DNA from: Thelocarpon superellum
Lineage: Eukaryota
Assembly: GCA_026025795.1 (NCBI GenBank)
Contig: JAPEUG010000030.1
Coordinates: forward strand, 1-64,000
Length of the DNA: 64,000 nucleotides
Reading direction: 5' to 3'
The position numbers and the translations under genes are program-made. The notes beneath the pieces were generated by a model, which saw nothing but the letters and a program-made list of their open reading frames with translations, searched no databases and had not been told where the DNA came from. Within the stretch, counting starts at the first letter, position 1, and each line of letters begins with the position of its first letter. This document shows, in pieces, positions 63,363 to 64,000 of the stretch.

Positions 63363-64000
63363 CTAAGGGTGGACCAGGGCACCGAGCCGTTTTTCCATCA
63401 CCTCACGGCCCGTTAGGGTTTGCCACACCTCGTGCGGCGCACCGTTGATGATGTCCCATGCGACCAGATGGTTGGTGAGGTGCGTGAGGTCACGCTGTTT
63501 GCGCTCCCACTCGCTATCGCGTCGCACTTCGATGCCCGAGCTCAGCACTACCAAGGGCATTGCGTCGCTTTGGATAGTCCGGGCGGAGGAGACTTCGCTC
63601 TTGGTGAGCGAATCGGCAACCAGGTTTTCTTGCAGCTTGGCTTTCAGGAATCGTCCGCCTTGCGAGGCTGATTTTCCATAGGTCCGATCCTCACGCGACC
63701 GTCCCCGGAAGAGGGCCCCGGCCAGTCGGTCAAACCCCAGCGGGCTGATGATGCCACGAGCCCAGAGGAGGAATCCGCGACTCGGCGAGGCGATGCGGTG
63801 GAGGAGATCCTCGTGGAGGGTGTCGATCAGGAGCAGGCCTTGGACCTCGCGGGTGTGTCGGGCGGAGAAGATACGGGAGTAGATGCCTCCGATGCCGGCG
63901 GCAACGAGGACCCATGGGCCTTCTTCGCCCGCACGGGCGAGCGCCTCCGACAGGGCGTCGGCCGACATGCCAGCTGAATGAGGCGACGGCGCATTATCCG
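63363..64000 (-). CDS. Alpha/beta-hydrolase-fold protein, YNL115C-like membrane protein family (5' part outside window)
   Basis: SDNAPSPHSAGMSADALSEAL...GPWVLVAAGIGGIYSRIF...GLLLID, PLVVLSSG, GAPHEVW. Confidence 0.8.
   Translation of the reverse strand, partial: DNAPSPHSAGMSADALSEALARAGEEGPWVLVAAGIGGIYSRIFSARHTREVQGLLLIDTLHEDLLHRIASPSRGFLLWARGIISPLGFDRLAGALFRGRSREDRTYGKSASQGGRFLKAKLQENLVADSLTKSEVSSARTIQSDAMPLVVLSSGIEVRRDSEWERKQRDLTHLTNHLVAWDIINGAPHEVWQTLTGREVMEKRLGALVHP

Noticed and set aside
1..64000. tRNA, rRNA, snRNA or riboswitch genes
   Set aside because: No T-loop/cloverleaf or other diagnostic signature seen by eye; an Infernal/tRNAscan run would be needed to exclude snoRNAs.

Overview
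Intron-containing, GC-rich, gene-dense DNA from a filamentous ascomycete (Pezizomycotina-type: short GT-AG introns with CTRAC-like branch sites). I reconstructed 31 protein-coding genes by hand-splicing, roughly one per 2 kb. The ORF track is misleading here because it ignores introns and uses non-ATG starts. Most genes are conserved housekeeping genes: Fun30-type Snf2, GST, COQ6, HTS1, an SDR, VPS33, an LSD1-like demethylase, a Pth11-like receptor, CreB-type DUB, YOS1, ALG12, dynamitin, calnexin, MDE1, MPH1, CAP2, TOP1, ATP3, a BAH-PHD reader, MRPL44, SEC20, IPP1 and DUS2. I saw no rRNA, tRNA, intact transposon, CRISPR array or biosynthetic gene cluster, and no convincing novel multi-gene system. 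The best leads are single loci: an FABP/calycin-like fungal protein; a Par32-like gene whose GRGGxGN motif is rebuilt only by a weak in-frame GC-AG intron; an orphan secreted Cys-rich protein; a BAH protein with a PHD finger split by about 200 aa; two probable pseudo-enzymes; an in-frame intron directly after the LSD1 catalytic Lys; two genes with dual-targeting start codons; and a YOS1 gene not recovered by the ORF track. All family calls come from motif recognition, not database searches.
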